64,000 bases of DNA from Candidatus Saccharimonadota bacterium (lineage in GTDB: Bacteria; Patescibacteriota; Saccharimonadia; Saccharimonadales; JAXHMH01). Where the stretch lies: the NCBI GenBank assembly GCA_034521515.1, contig JAXHMH010000002.1, forward strand, positions 280,379 through 344,378, given 5' to 3'. The notes beneath the pieces were generated by a model, which saw only the letters and a program-made list of their open reading frames with translations, was not told the DNA's origin and made no database searches. Position numbers and translations under genes: made by a program. Position 1 is the first letter of the stretch. Each line of letters begins with the position of its first letter. This document shows, piece after piece, positions 30,677 through 40,619 of the stretch.

Positions 30677-31446
30677 TGTTCTGACCGAGGTCTGCTCCAA
30701 GTGATATCAGCTCTGTCCGCTCGCACGTAACCTTCTTTTGACAACGCTTCGCATAGCCGTTTGGCGCCAACCTGTTTAAACATACCCTCGGTTTGCGAGG
30801 GCATTACCCTAAGAGCCTCACACTTAGTCCGCGCGATATTCTCGGGCAACTGTAAGAACATGTCGCAATCTTTTGCCTTAACAAGATTAGGCTCTTCTAA
30901 GTTGAAGTAGATGTCAAATTGCTCATCCAACTCTTTAAAATAACGTTCGTATTGTTCTTTGAGATCTACCGTAAAATATACTGTTGCTGACGGGCAATAC
31001 TGCTCAGCAGCTTGGAGCGCCCAGCGCGAAACACTCACGTGATCCATATGCCCTGTGCCGCCGCTTGGCGGAAAAGTAATAATACTATCCGGCTGATAAA
31101 TTTTTAATAGCTCACCGATCTTACTGATTGCTTCATGGTGCGGCACGTCTTGACAGGCACCGTCTTTATATCCTAGCCAGTGGTGATGCTTAACACCGAT
31201 TACCTTCATCGCTGCGTTCATCTCAGATTCACGTACAGCGTGAAGTTTGTCGGCTGGCCATTTAATCTCATCCTGCACGCCAGCCTCGCCTCGCGTTGCA
31301 GTTATACAGGCGACTGATTGCTCATTGGCTGTTGCAATAGACATTAACCCGGCAGATGTGAAAGATTCATCATCAGGATGCGCCCACACACCAACAATTG
31401 TGCCGAGATTTGCAACGCGTTGTCTAATATCTGACATACCGGTCAC
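30673..31446 (-). CDS. PIG-L/LmbE family deacetylase
   Basis: VGVWAHPDDESF signature plus a later HMDH motif. Confidence 0.8.
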   Translation of the reverse strand: MTGMSDIRQRVANLGTIVGVWAHPDDESFTSAGLMSIATANEQSVACITATRGEAGVQDEIKWPADKLHAVRESEMNAAMKVIGVKHHHWLGYKDGACQDVPHHEAISKIGELLKIYQPDSIITFPPSGGTGHMDHVSVSRWALQAAEQYCPSATVYFTVDLKEQYERYFKELDEQFDIYFNLEEPNLVKAKDCDMFLQLPENIARTKCEALRVMPSQTEGMFKQVGAKRLCEALSKEGYVRADRADITWSRPRSEH

Positions 31447-31452
31447 ACCTAT

Positions 31453-32493
31453 TTACTTATTTAATTGCTTTTTGAATTTTTCTATCAAATCAACAGGAGC
31501 TGGATCAAGCCCGTTAAGTAAACCTAGATACATACTGACAAAATCACCAAGCATCATTGTCCACAGCAGTTGTTCAAGTAACGTGCTGCCTTTGGCTTGC
31601 ACGATTTCCGGAGCTGGTCGTTTACCAGATAGTAGACGCTCAGTTACCTCAAAACGTTTTTGAACTCGTTCGTGCTCCAGATCGCTGCGTAAATCTATGA
31701 CTGTGTATGGTTTATCCACCGGGTGCGATGACCAGCCTAAAAACTCGTTATGATTAAACTCCGGAAACGCGTTACACCACGCCACATTTTTGGCATTCTC
31801 GTTAAAATTTATCTTCCATTTATATGCCGCCGGATAGAGTTTTGGACCCGCGTAAATCACCGGTGATCGACCCATACATTCTTGTGCAAGACGTTTAGCG
31901 GGATTCTTTGCCGTTGGCACTGTTGGCAACCAGTCGGCAGTTTGGTTGCTCAACCATTTTGCAGCCTCGTGCAGCTCGTTCTCTGTTTTATCATTCGCCG
32001 TAATACCAGCACGCTCTAAAATAGTAATCAGTGCTTTAAAGTTATACAGCACCGCGTGACGTGGCTGAATACCGGATGGCAGCTGAGCCAGTGGGTAATT
32101 ATGCTCTTTGGCAATTTCTGCTAGCTTACCACCTGCACTAATAACTGCAACGTGGGCACCCTTGTCTGCCGCTTGCTTAAGAGCGCTGATAGTTTCCTCG
32201 GTGTTACCAGAGTAACTACTGGCGATAAATAACGTTTTGTCAGATACGTAAGCTGGAACGTCGTAGTTCCTGCAGATTTCAAACGGTAGATTATAGCCCG
32301 GCCAACTCAAAGATAACGTGGCCGCCAAAGCTGATCCACCCATACCGGCAAACACGATATTATCTACCGGAAACTTCATCTCAGGCAGATCAAACTCATG
32401 CAACAACTGCTGAGCTTGTTTTTCGGTTATGCCAAGCGCGTCACTTTTATCTTTGTCGTGTATGTATTTAATATCATCCAGCATATTACCCAT
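31453..32493 (-). CDS. bifunctional phosphoglucose/phosphomannose isomerase (SIS domain)
   Basis: GMGGSALAA and SYSGNTEET SIS motifs. The size and C-terminal region are typical of the PGI/PMI family. Confidence 0.7.
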   Translation of the reverse strand: MGNMLDDIKYIHDKDKSDALGITEKQAQQLLHEFDLPEMKFPVDNIVFAGMGGSALAATLSLSWPGYNLPFEICRNYDVPAYVSDKTLFIASSYSGNTEETISALKQAADKGAHVAVISAGGKLAEIAKEHNYPLAQLPSGIQPRHAVLYNFKALITILERAGITANDKTENELHEAAKWLSNQTADWLPTVPTAKNPAKRLAQECMGRSPVIYAGPKLYPAAYKWKINFNENAKNVAWCNAFPEFNHNEFLGWSSHPVDKPYTVIDLRSDLEHERVQKRFEVTERLLSGKRPAPEIVQAKGSTLLEQLLWTMMLGDFVSMYLGLLNGLDPAPVDLIEKFKKQLNK

Positions 32494-32617
32494 TCTACCC
32501 TCACCTCTTTGAAATTACTATTTATGACTTTATTTAATATCGCTTATGCCGTATTATAGGACTCGTAACATTAGAAGTTTTGGAACAGCCGTTACAGCGG
32601 TATAAGGGGGTGGAAAT

Positions 32618-33136
32618 ATGTTTGGTGACGATAAACAAAAAAATGATGAGCAATCGCAGGATATGAGCACAATGGCGCTGCCTCCACAGCAGCAACCGGA
32701 ATCTCCTGACAGCTCTGAAGATAGCAATGGGCAAACACCAACAGATTCGAACCAATCAGATAATTCGACTCCGCCAGCCGATCAACCAAAAAAATCTGAT
32801 GACAAAAAAATCGATGATATACAAATGACTGCCCCAGAACCCGTAGCTGACACAAACACTCCCCCACAAGCCTCTCATGACGATGACGAAACAGGCCTGC
32901 TGGACATCAAAAAAGAAGCTTTATCACAACTCGGACCATTAGTTGGGCACCTAGATCAGTCGCCGGAAGAAAAGTTCCGCACCACTATGATGATGATTCA
33001 GGCGACCGATGATCAAAGCATGGTCAAAGACGCGTATGATGCCGCCCAGGCAATATCTGATGACAAAGCTCGCGCCCAGGCACTCCTGGATGTTATCAAC
33101 GAAATCAACTACTTCACCCAAAAAGATAGTAACTAG
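32618..33136 (+). CDS. hypothetical acidic protein
   Basis: 172-aa ORF with a low-complexity D/E/P/Q N-terminal half and a helical C-terminus. No family recognised. Confidence 0.45.
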   Translation: MFGDDKQKNDEQSQDMSTMALPPQQQPESPDSSEDSNGQTPTDSNQSDNSTPPADQPKKSDDKKIDDIQMTAPEPVADTNTPPQASHDDDETGLLDIKKEALSQLGPLVGHLDQSPEEKFRTTMMMIQATDDQSMVKDAYDAAQAISDDKARAQALLDVINEINYFTQKDSN

Positions 33137-33207
33137 TAGACAGAAACTAGCGGGTAAACACTCCTGTAAAATGCTAGTTTCTAGTTGCTAATTCCTGATT
33201 ACCGCAA

Positions 33208-33651
33208 TCAAAGATTGCTTGAAGGGCCGGTGCTCGGTAACGCACTCGGGCCAGTTGTTGGCGTTGTGGTCGGTGTGGATTCTGATTGCGTTGCATCGTC
33301 CTGATCAGCGTCCGTATCGTTATCATTGTCGTCGCTCTCGTCAACATCATCGCCTGGCAAACGAACCGGTTCATCGGTCGAACGCGGCGCGTTATCAACA
33401 CTACCGTCGTCCTGAACTTCTTGCTCCATCTCTGTCTCGGTTGTTGTGTCGTTATCAAAAACCGCGCGGTATGCCCAACGCCCACCAAGAAAAATTCCTA
33501 GTGCAATCAGGAGTGTTGCAAGCAAAGTAACGACCGCCAATAGCCATGCCATGCCAGTTTTTTCACGTCGTTGTGCTTGATAATACTCCTGCGCTTCATC
33601 AGGCAGAGGTTGCTGATCTTGTTTGGTTCGCCTAAAAGGTAGTCGTGCCAT
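33208..33651 (-). CDS. membrane-anchored acidic hypothetical protein
   Basis: A transmembrane helix (WLLAVVTLLATLLIALGIFLGG) followed by a D/E/T-rich tail. The overlapping ORFs in other frames are rejected. Confidence 0.5.
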   Translation of the reverse strand: MARLPFRRTKQDQQPLPDEAQEYYQAQRREKTGMAWLLAVVTLLATLLIALGIFLGGRWAYRAVFDNDTTTETEMEQEVQDDGSVDNAPRSTDEPVRLPGDDVDESDDNDNDTDADQDDATQSESTPTTTPTTGPSALPSTGPSSNL

Positions 33652-33795
33652 AATTTCTCCCGTTATTCTCTAACTCTACCATAGTACAAATTGGCATATA
33701 TTGCAACTTTTTATAAAACCTACTTTTTGTTTAATAAAAGAAGGCTCGGGCATTACACCCGAGTCTTCTGCAAAACCTAACGATGTGGCGGACTT

Positions 33796-35457
33796 TTACA
33801 TGCCCATCATACCGCCGCCCATACCACCCATTCCACCTGGGTCAGGCGCTGCTGCAGATTCTTTGTTTTCAGGCACGTCAACTACCAACGCACCCATTGT
33901 TATTGCCGTACCGGCAATACTTGTAGCGTTCTGAATCGTCCCTTTTGTGACACGAGCTGGATCAACCACGCCAGCTGTTTTAAGATCAACCAGTTTTTTT
34001 GGATTGTTGACGTCCAGACCTTGACCGGCTTTAGCTGCTTTGACCAGCGGCAACCATTCATCTGCATTGAGCCCAGCATTTTCTAGCAGGTTCCTAAACG
34101 GTTGTTCAAGCGCCTTCTTTAGCAATTGAGCACCAGCGTCGGCTGAATCACTTCCACCTGCCTTGATTTCTTTTATAAGATTAACTAGCGTTACGCCGCC
34201 ACCGGGAACAATACCTTCATCCAAAGCAGCTTTCACAGCTGCCACGGCATCATCAACCCTAAACTTCTTCTCTTCGATCTCTGTCTCGGTTGCCCCGCCA
34301 ACTTTAATGACTGCAACCTTACCTTGAAGTGCCGCACGGCGCTTTTCAAGGTTTTCTTTATCGTATTCGCTGGTTGCTGCCTCAGCTTGGGCACTAATTT
34401 GATCAATCCGTGCTTTTAGCTCGGTGACCGTGCCGTCACCCTCAATTATCGTCGTCTCGTCCTGGGTAACGATAACACGACGCGCCGAACCAAAATCATT
34501 GTCCGTAAAGTCGTCAAAGTTACCGGCTGTATCATCGCTAATTACGCTACCGCCAGTTAGTATGGCAATATCGTTCAGTACATCCTTACGGCGGTCACCA
34601 AATGCCGGTGCTTTAACAGCCACAACGTTGAGTACGCCTTTGAGCTTGTTTAATACCAAAGTGCCTAGCGCCTCACCTTCGAGATCTTCGGCGATCAAGA
34701 TGATATCTTTTTTGCCAGCCTGGGCGGCACGCTCTAATACCGGCAAAAATTCTTGAATAGAACTGATTTTCTTATCGGTTATGACGATTTGTGGCTTATC
34801 AAGCACTGCTTCCATGCGAGCCGTATCAGTAACCATGTACGGGCTAACAAACCCACGGTCAAACGTAAATCCTTCTACCACTTCTGATTCAAGCGCCAAG
34901 CCTTGACCTTCTTCGACAGTCACCACGCCGTCTTTGCCAACCTGGTCAATTACGTCAGCGATTAGCTTACCGATTTCGCCGTCACCGGCACTGATAGTGG
35001 CAACTTCAGCCACGCGCTCTTTGTTGGCCTTAATGTCCTCGGCCATAGTCCCAAGTTTTTTAATGACGTCCTGGGATGCAGCTTCTAACCCTTTCCTAAG
35101 CTCCATTGGATTGTGCCCAGCAGCAATCAACTTGTTGGCTTCACTCAAAATATGGTAGGTCAGTACAGTTACGGTGGTGGTCCCATCACCGGCTACATCA
35201 TTCATTTTGTTAGCGGCTTGTTTGATAAGCTCAGCGCCAACTTTATAGCCAAGCGTTTCGTCATCAACATCGGCAATCTCAACACCTTTGGCGACCGTAA
35301 CACCGTCGTGCGTTACAGTTGGCCCACCATATGATTTACCAATCACCGCGTTGCGACCCTTCGGCCCCATTGTCGTCTTTACTGCGTCGTATAGTATTTG
35401 TGCTCCGCCAAGAATTCGGCGACGAGCGTCATCATCGTAAAATACTTTCTTTGCCAT
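33796..35457 (-). CDS. groL: chaperonin GroEL
   Basis: MAKKVFYDDDARRRILGG...AVKAPAFGDRRK, with a C-terminal GGM repeat. Confidence 0.95.
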   Translation of the reverse strand: MAKKVFYDDDARRRILGGAQILYDAVKTTMGPKGRNAVIGKSYGGPTVTHDGVTVAKGVEIADVDDETLGYKVGAELIKQAANKMNDVAGDGTTTVTVLTYHILSEANKLIAAGHNPMELRKGLEAASQDVIKKLGTMAEDIKANKERVAEVATISAGDGEIGKLIADVIDQVGKDGVVTVEEGQGLALESEVVEGFTFDRGFVSPYMVTDTARMEAVLDKPQIVITDKKISSIQEFLPVLERAAQAGKKDIILIAEDLEGEALGTLVLNKLKGVLNVVAVKAPAFGDRRKDVLNDIAILTGGSVISDDTAGNFDDFTDNDFGSARRVIVTQDETTIIEGDGTVTELKARIDQISAQAEAATSEYDKENLEKRRAALQGKVAVIKVGGATETEIEEKKFRVDDAVAAVKAALDEGIVPGGGVTLVNLIKEIKAGGSDSADAGAQLLKKALEQPFRNLLENAGLNADEWLPLVKAAKAGQGLDVNNPKKLVDLKTAGVVDPARVTKGTIQNATSIAGTAITMGALVVDVPENKESAAAPDPGGMGGMGGGMMGM

Positions 35458-35567
35458 AATTGTTCTCCTTTCAGTCAAGAATTGTCACTTTGCATTTACC
35501 ATTTTTCAATGCCTAACAAATGGTAATTTGGTAAATAAATGAAAATTGTAAACTGTTAAATGTTAAA

Positions 35568-35840
35568 TTATTTTATCGTTGCAACAATATGCTCTTGTTT
35601 GATAATAGTATAGTCTTGTTTATTCATAGTCACGGTCTTGGTTTTACCATACTCTTCTACGAATAAAACCATGTCGCCAATTTTTACGTCTTTGACGTCT
35701 TTACCGACTGCTATAACTTTGGCAGCTTCAGGTTTTTCCTGGGCACTGCCAGCTAATAAAATGCCGCTGGCGGTTTTTTCGGGTGCCTTTTCTTGTTGAA
35801 GCACCACATAACCAGCTCGGGGCTGAATCTTTACGCTCAT
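35568..35840 (-). CDS. groS: co-chaperonin GroES
   Basis: MSVKIQPRAGYVVLQ...ASGILLAGSA, with a GGAGGA ribosome-binding site upstream of the ATG at 35840. Confidence 0.9.
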   Translation of the reverse strand: MSVKIQPRAGYVVLQQEKAPEKTASGILLAGSAQEKPEAAKVIAVGKDVKDVKIGDMVLFVEEYGKTKTVTMNKQDYTIIKQEHIVATIK

Positions 35841-35877
35841 TGGTTCCTCCTCTGTTTTACCCTGTCTTTTCACAAAA

Positions 35878-35904
35878 TTAGCACTTCCACATTGAGAGTG
35901 CTAA
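35878..35904. promoter_or_regulatory. CIRCE operator (HrcA binding site) upstream of groES
   Basis: TTAGCACTT-N9-GAGTGCTAA, a near-perfect match to the CIRCE consensus TTAGCACTC-N9-GAGTGCTAA. Confidence 0.85.
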
Positions 35905-36025
35905 TATCACCTTCAATCATACGAACGCGCGCTACGACTGTCAAGACCCCAGGCAGAACACAGGCAGTAGTTAGGGATAAAGGTCGTATACTTTTGGGTC
36001 GCCTTCAATGATGCGTCGCTGCGGG

Positions 36026-36298
36026 CTAGCATTCTCCGTTAACTGCGTGCATCTGAATAAGCGTGCTACATACCGGTAATTTAGTGTCTACACGTTTGGG
36101 CTCTGTTATCCAACGAATAATTTCATCTTCTACATCAATCACGCTAGTATCGAGTATCGCTTCAACCACACCTTGTTTTGAAATTACACGCCTCTCAACT
36201 CCGTTTTTCCAAACTTGTTCAACAAATATTTCGTTGGATTTGACAGCCCACAAATAGTGTCTGGTTCCCAATATCAGCTTCTGTGGGTACTGGCACAT
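36026..36298 (-). CDS. hypothetical protein (possibly the 3' part of the same gene)
   Basis: 90-aa ORF. A 1-nt shift near 36255-36265 would fuse it to 36219-36620. Confidence 0.3.
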   Translation of the reverse strand: MCQYPQKLILGTRHYLWAVKSNEIFVEQVWKNGVERRVISKQGVVEAILDTSVIDVEDEIIRWITEPKRVDTKLPVCSTLIQMHAVNGEC

Positions 36299-36620
36299 AC
36301 GCCTTAACGGCTTCTAGTACCCCTGTTTTATCAAAATCTTTGAGACGTACAAGCATTGATAATGTGAGTTTTGTCGCGTCTTCTACCTGAGAGGCATTAA
36401 AGGGCTCAACGACTGTGTATAACTCCGTTTCCTGACCTAGTGTTTTTGATTTATTAATCTCTTCAATATCCTCAAGCCTTAGCACGCAAACGGCGTCAAA
36501 TACAAAATCGAGCACCTGCTCACGCATTCGCTCAGCTTCTACATTAAGCTCTTCGCTGCCCCTCTCATTGAGCCTTTTTAGCTCAAAAGAGCGCCCTGAC
36601 TCTGGATAATGTTCTGTCAT
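36219..36620 (-). CDS. hypothetical protein (possibly the 5' part of a frame-broken gene)
   Basis: 133-aa ORF whose last 80 nt overlap the next ORF in a different frame. Confidence 0.4.
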   Translation of the reverse strand: MTEHYPESGRSFELKRLNERGSEELNVEAERMREQVLDFVFDAVCVLRLEDIEEINKSKTLGQETELYTVVEPFNASQVEDATKLTLSMLVRLKDFDKTGVLEAVKAYVPVPTEADIGNQTLFVGCQIQRNIC

Positions 36621-36720
36621 TGTTTATATATAACACCAAATATTTTTGGTATTGTCAATTATTATTTGCGGGTGTCATGATCCCAGTCATCCTGCCCCTA
36701 CAACAGTAAGGATGCACCTT

Positions 36721-37038
36721 ATGGGTTCAAGAACAGCGCCAGCAGTGAGCCAGTCGAAGCGCTTCAAGACGAAGGGTGTTCGTCCAATTGATCGAGATGC
36801 TCTCGCAAAATCGATCATGAACATTCGGGAGGTCTGCGAGGTCAGCATCGACGGCAACCACATGGTGGTCGTGTACGATACGACTGGCTGGAGCCGCCAG
36901 ACACGCAAGAAGCGAATTCCCGACTTGGACAGCATGGTTTGCAAGCTGATCGCACACCGGTCAGCCAATCCGCGACCAACCAAGAAGCGAGGGAACAAGT
37001 TCAACAACCGACCGCCAGCAATGCTGGGCAAGAAGTAG
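36721..37038 (+). CDS. hypothetical basic protein in a locally GC-rich segment
   Basis: AAGGA lies 9 nt upstream of the ATG at 36721. The protein is K/R-rich. A 168-aa ORF on the opposite strand makes the strand assignment uncertain. Confidence 0.35.
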   Translation: MGSRTAPAVSQSKRFKTKGVRPIDRDALAKSIMNIREVCEVSIDGNHMVVVYDTTGWSRQTRKKRIPDLDSMVCKLIAHRSANPRPTKKRGNKFNNRPPAMLGKK

Positions 37039-37204
37039 GGCCGGAACCCGGACGGGCGACGTTGCAAACACGTGATGCAACGAAACCCGTCCGGGACCCG
37101 GGCTTGGTAGAAGAACGTCTTTTGGACAAAACGTCGCAGGCCATCGCCTCCGTTTCTTCTCACTATTACCAATTCAACCAAGCCCACACTCACTTTTTGT
37201 ATTT

Positions 37205-37232
37205 AAACAGCCCCTAAAGCTAGGGGCTGTTT
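37205..37232 (+). terminator. hairpin terminator candidate
   Basis: AAACAGCCCCTA (37205-37216) pairs with TAGGGGCTGTTT (37221-37232), a 12-bp stem, followed by a T-rich tail. Confidence 0.5.
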
Positions 37233-37356
37233 ATATTTAGCGTTCAGTTTATTACTGTCTACGGCCAGATGAATATGCTCCACTCTGTTCTTGATCGCCA
37301 CTAAGAATGGGCTCCGCCTCTTTCGTGGAAGCTATAGCTCCGTCAGGTTAGCTGAA

Positions 37357-37512
37357 CTAGCTCCACGGAAGTGGCTGCGCTCCCGATCCAGCAGCACGGT
37401 CTTGCGCGACTTCTTCACGCCAAGCCTCAACCGTAGCTACCTCATCTGGAGTTTTTGCTCCAGCTGCTAATTCATCAACAGCTAATTCTGCGGGAGATTT
37501 TTCTGCACTCAT
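37357..37512 (-). CDS. small ORF (51 aa), hypothetical
   Basis: Hand translation gives MSAEKSPAELAVDELAAGAKTPDEVATVEAWREEVAQDRAAGSGAQPLPWS, with AAAGGAA upstream of the ATG. It falls below the ORF-track length cut-off. Confidence 0.25.
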   Translation of the reverse strand: MSAEKSPAELAVDELAAGAKTPDEVATVEAWREEVAQDRAAGSGAQPLPWS

Positions 37513-37599
37513 TTGTAGTTCCTTTTTGATTTTTTATGTTAGTGATAACGATAACTATACTATCAGTTGTTTATCGTTTTGTCAAGTTTGTGTTATTAA

Positions 37600-37887
37600 C
37601 TACTCCTTCGTCGGTGAGCAGTTTCTGTCATACTTCTTCGTTATTTGGTGTCTGTGATCGAAGATGCGCCTCCAGAGCCCAGTTTGAGCAAGCCGCAAGC
37701 CCGCAATAAGACCTTGAGCATAATTATAATCAGGATCAGTGTCAGGTAACCTGGTAGCCGGAGAGGCTTGAAGTGAGTCTATCCTATTCTGACGCTGGTC
37801 TGTTGATCTCTTTAATTCGTTATGTAAATCAACCGTGTCGTCAACAAATTGGCGTAGTTCTGGGTTTACTTTTCCATTGTTAAGCAT
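37600..37887 (-). CDS. hypothetical protein
   Basis: 95-aa ORF with no recognisable family. Confidence 0.35.
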   Translation of the reverse strand: MLNNGKVNPELRQFVDDTVDLHNELKRSTDQRQNRIDSLQASPATRLPDTDPDYNYAQGLIAGLRLAQTGLWRRIFDHRHQITKKYDRNCSPTKE

Positions 37888-37920
37888 TTCTATACTATAA
37901 CTGAGTAATTTGCAAGCTTT

Positions 37921-39216
37921 CTACTCCTCCGTTAATGCGCTTCTGCGGGCAATCTCCCGTTCATCCCACTCCTGCTTTTCGCCACCCATATTGCGGTAAT
38001 TTTGATGCCCTATGCCTGTTAGCAGCACCGTGTCTCCTGGTTTCGCAGAGCCCAGAGCTGTCTTAATGGCCTCTAGCCTGTCGTCGATCACCGTAGTTTT
38101 TGACTTGCCACCAGCTTGCTCTATACCGGCAAACACCGCCTGACGAATAGCTTCTGGAGCCTCGGTGTAAGTTTCATCGTCTGTTAAGTAAACTTTATCG
38201 GCCAGCTCAGCGGCAATTTTACCCATAATCGGTCGCTTGTCTTTATCTCTATCGCCAGTTGCGCCAAAAACCAAGTGAACATTACCTTTGGTGACAGACT
38301 GCACAGTGGTAAGCACCACTTTGAGAGCCTCTGGCGTGACGGCGTAATCCACAATCACATTAAACGGCTGACCAACCTCAATCCGCTCCATCCGCCCCGC
38401 CACACTTTGCAGTGAAGCAATACCACGCTCTATATCTGTTTTGTTCAAGCCAACTGCACGGCCAACCGCTACCGCGGCCAGAGAGTTATAGATGTTAAAA
38501 TCACCTGGCAACCGGCACTCAATATCATAAGATTCATCTTTAATAACCGCTTTATAGGTGCTGCCATCCGGCCGCAGTTGAATATTTTGCGCCTGCAATT
38601 CACCATCTTTAGTGCCATAAGTTACTGGATTCTTGATAGCTCCGGCAAACTTCCGAGCACTTGGGTCATCAACGTTCACTACCCCTGTCTTAAGCCCTCG
38701 GTGGTGATTTGCTTGCTTAAATAATTTAACTTTAGCGGCCACGTAGCGCTCAAACGTTTTATGATAATCCAGGTGCTCGTGCGTCACATTGGTCATTACG
38801 GCAATTTCATATGGCACGGCCCATACCCGGTGCTGCGCCAAAGCATGGCTGGAGGTCTCTAATACTACCCACTCTGCGCCGTTTTGCCGGCACTTTTTTA
38901 ACATCCCCAGTAGCTGCCTCACGCTTGCTGTAGTCAGCCCAACGGTGCTAGGGCGCTCACCTTTGCCGTCCGCTATGTCTACCGATACGGTTGTCAGCAA
39001 CGAAGCTTTTACGCCCGATTCTCGCAACATCTGATAAATCATGGTGCACGTTGTGGTCTTACCGTCCGTACCAGTCACACCAATTACTTTGAGCCCACGT
39101 GTGGGCATACCCATGGCAAGGTTTACTAAGACCGCCTCACCCCAGTGACCAAGCGGCTCGATTTTCTCAAATACACCTTTGGGTATAAGTTTTTTTACAA
39201 TACTCCGTATTCTCAT
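37921..39216 (-). CDS. murE: Mur ligase, MurE-like
   Basis: VIGVTGTDGKTTT P-loop plus the Mur ligase middle and C-terminal domains. The likely start is MRIRSIVKK at 39216. The residue-specificity motif is atypical (TDDETYTE where DNPR is usual). Confidence 0.7.
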   Translation of the reverse strand: MRIRSIVKKLIPKGVFEKIEPLGHWGEAVLVNLAMGMPTRGLKVIGVTGTDGKTTTCTMIYQMLRESGVKASLLTTVSVDIADGKGERPSTVGLTTASVRQLLGMLKKCRQNGAEWVVLETSSHALAQHRVWAVPYEIAVMTNVTHEHLDYHKTFERYVAAKVKLFKQANHHRGLKTGVVNVDDPSARKFAGAIKNPVTYGTKDGELQAQNIQLRPDGSTYKAVIKDESYDIECRLPGDFNIYNSLAAVAVGRAVGLNKTDIERGIASLQSVAGRMERIEVGQPFNVIVDYAVTPEALKVVLTTVQSVTKGNVHLVFGATGDRDKDKRPIMGKIAAELADKVYLTDDETYTEAPEAIRQAVFAGIEQAGGKSKTTVIDDRLEAIKTALGSAKPGDTVLLTGIGHQNYRNMGGEKQEWDEREIARRSALTEE

Positions 39217-39238
39217 AACTTCAAGTATACTAGTTAAC

Positions 39239-40504
39239 GTGAAAATACTAGGGATTGAAACCAGTTGTGATGAAACTGCAGCTGCGGTAGTTGAGGATGG
39301 CAAGCGACTATTGTCTAATGTTGTACTGTCTAGCATGGACTTACACGCAGCCTACGGCGGCGTAGTCCCGGAGATTGCCGCCCGCAGCCATATAGAGTCA
39401 ATCATCCCAGTTATCGAAAAGGCTCTTGCTGACGCTTTTTCTCTAGAGAATGGAGGAAAGAGGTTAGAGGTTAGAGATAATAGTCCGAACTCCAATCTCT
39501 CTACTCCATCCTCTACTTCTGATCCGTGGGATCAGATAGACGGCATTGCGGTGACATATGGTGCTGGACTCGGCGGCAGTCTACTCGTCGGCGTCATGAC
39601 CGCTCGTACCTTGGCGATTACTAAAAACAAGCCGCTGTACGCTGTTAACCACGTAGAGAGCCACATCTACGCCAATTTCTTAACAGAGACTTCCCCTTCC
39701 CTATCTACTAGCTACCAACTACCAACAACCAACCCTAAGTTCCCGATGCTTGGGCTGATAGTCAGCGGTGGGCACTCGCAAATCGTCTTGTGGCGCGACC
39801 ATTTTGACTACACTTTACTTGGTCAGACCCGCGATGACGCCATCGGCGAAGCGTTTGATAAAGTCGCTAAAATCATCGGCCTACCCTACCCTGGCGGCCC
39901 GAGCATCAGCGAATATGCCAAAAAGGGCGATCCGCATAAGTTCAAATTCCCAAAAGCAAAAGTCAACTCTGTATCTCCAGCTCTTGAGAAGCTTAGAAAT
40001 GAAATGCAAGCCACCAGCACCTTGCGCCACAACAGCAATGGCAGGAGCTTTGCTTCAGGGAGGACTGGTGTGGCGCAAGGTGCTGGGTATGATTATAGCT
40101 TTTCTGGGGTCAAAACAGCCGTCTTAAGGGCTGCTCAAGAGCTAATCGGTGAAGATCACCACTTCCCTTCCCATAAGCTATCAGAGCGGCTCTCTGACAC
40201 CCAGAAGGCAGACATTGCAGCCAGCTTCCAGCGTATAGCCGTCGAAACAGTGGTAGATAAGTTAGTCGAAGCCTTTGACGAGTTCCAGCCCAAATCGGTT
40301 GTGATCGGCGGCGGTGTGGCCGCCAACACTGAACTACGACGCCAACTGGCGGATCGATTACCGCTACCAATTGAGTATACAGACATGAAACTCTGCACCG
40401 ACAACGGCGCCATGATCGCCACCCTTGGCTGCTATAAAGTGGCGCTGAATCAACCCGCAGCCGATCCATTTACGCTAGATATCGCTCCCAATCTCAGTAT
40501 GTAG
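39239..40504 (+). CDS. tsaD: tRNA N6-adenosine threonylcarbamoyltransferase with several insertions
   Basis: The GTG start gives KILGIETSCDETAAAVV, followed by HIESI and GGVAAN motifs. Low-complexity inserts (for example ENGGKRLEVRDNSPNSNLSTPSSTSD) bring the length to ~421 aa. Confidence 0.85.
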   Translation: MKILGIETSCDETAAAVVEDGKRLLSNVVLSSMDLHAAYGGVVPEIAARSHIESIIPVIEKALADAFSLENGGKRLEVRDNSPNSNLSTPSSTSDPWDQIDGIAVTYGAGLGGSLLVGVMTARTLAITKNKPLYAVNHVESHIYANFLTETSPSLSTSYQLPTTNPKFPMLGLIVSGGHSQIVLWRDHFDYTLLGQTRDDAIGEAFDKVAKIIGLPYPGGPSISEYAKKGDPHKFKFPKAKVNSVSPALEKLRNEMQATSTLRHNSNGRSFASGRTGVAQGAGYDYSFSGVKTAVLRAAQELIGEDHHFPSHKLSERLSDTQKADIAASFQRIAVETVVDKLVEAFDEFQPKSVVIGGGVAANTELRRQLADRLPLPIEYTDMKLCTDNGAMIATLGCYKVALNQPAADPFTLDIAPNLSM

Positions 40505-40619
40505 CCGTACCCTCCCGTTTGCCGATTCCGAGCAGCAAGCAATCAGGTTGTGAAAAAATGAAAAAGCGCGGGAATCCTTACACCCTAGCCATCGCTGCCC
40601 ATATTTCCGTGTAGATAAA

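Noticed and set aside
33174-33530. ORFs 33174-33488, 33219-33530, 33286-33501 and 33701-33934
   Set aside because: They are alternative frames or strands of the acidic low-complexity gene 33208-33651 and of the groEL 3' end. They have no independent support.
36687-37193. The 168-aa minus-strand ORF (and 36727-36957, 36939-37217) in the GC-rich segment
   Set aside because: Long ORFs on both strands are expected in GC-rich DNA. The plus-strand ORF has a better ribosome-binding site and a more protein-like sequence. Neither strand can be confirmed, so I listed only the plus ORF, at low confidence.
8051-37512. A shared C-terminal LPW-type motif between the small ORFs 8051-8272 (SGLPWDS) and 37357-37512 (QPLPWS), as evidence of a small-protein family
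   Set aside because: The similarity is only three or four residues and is not distinguishable from chance without a search.
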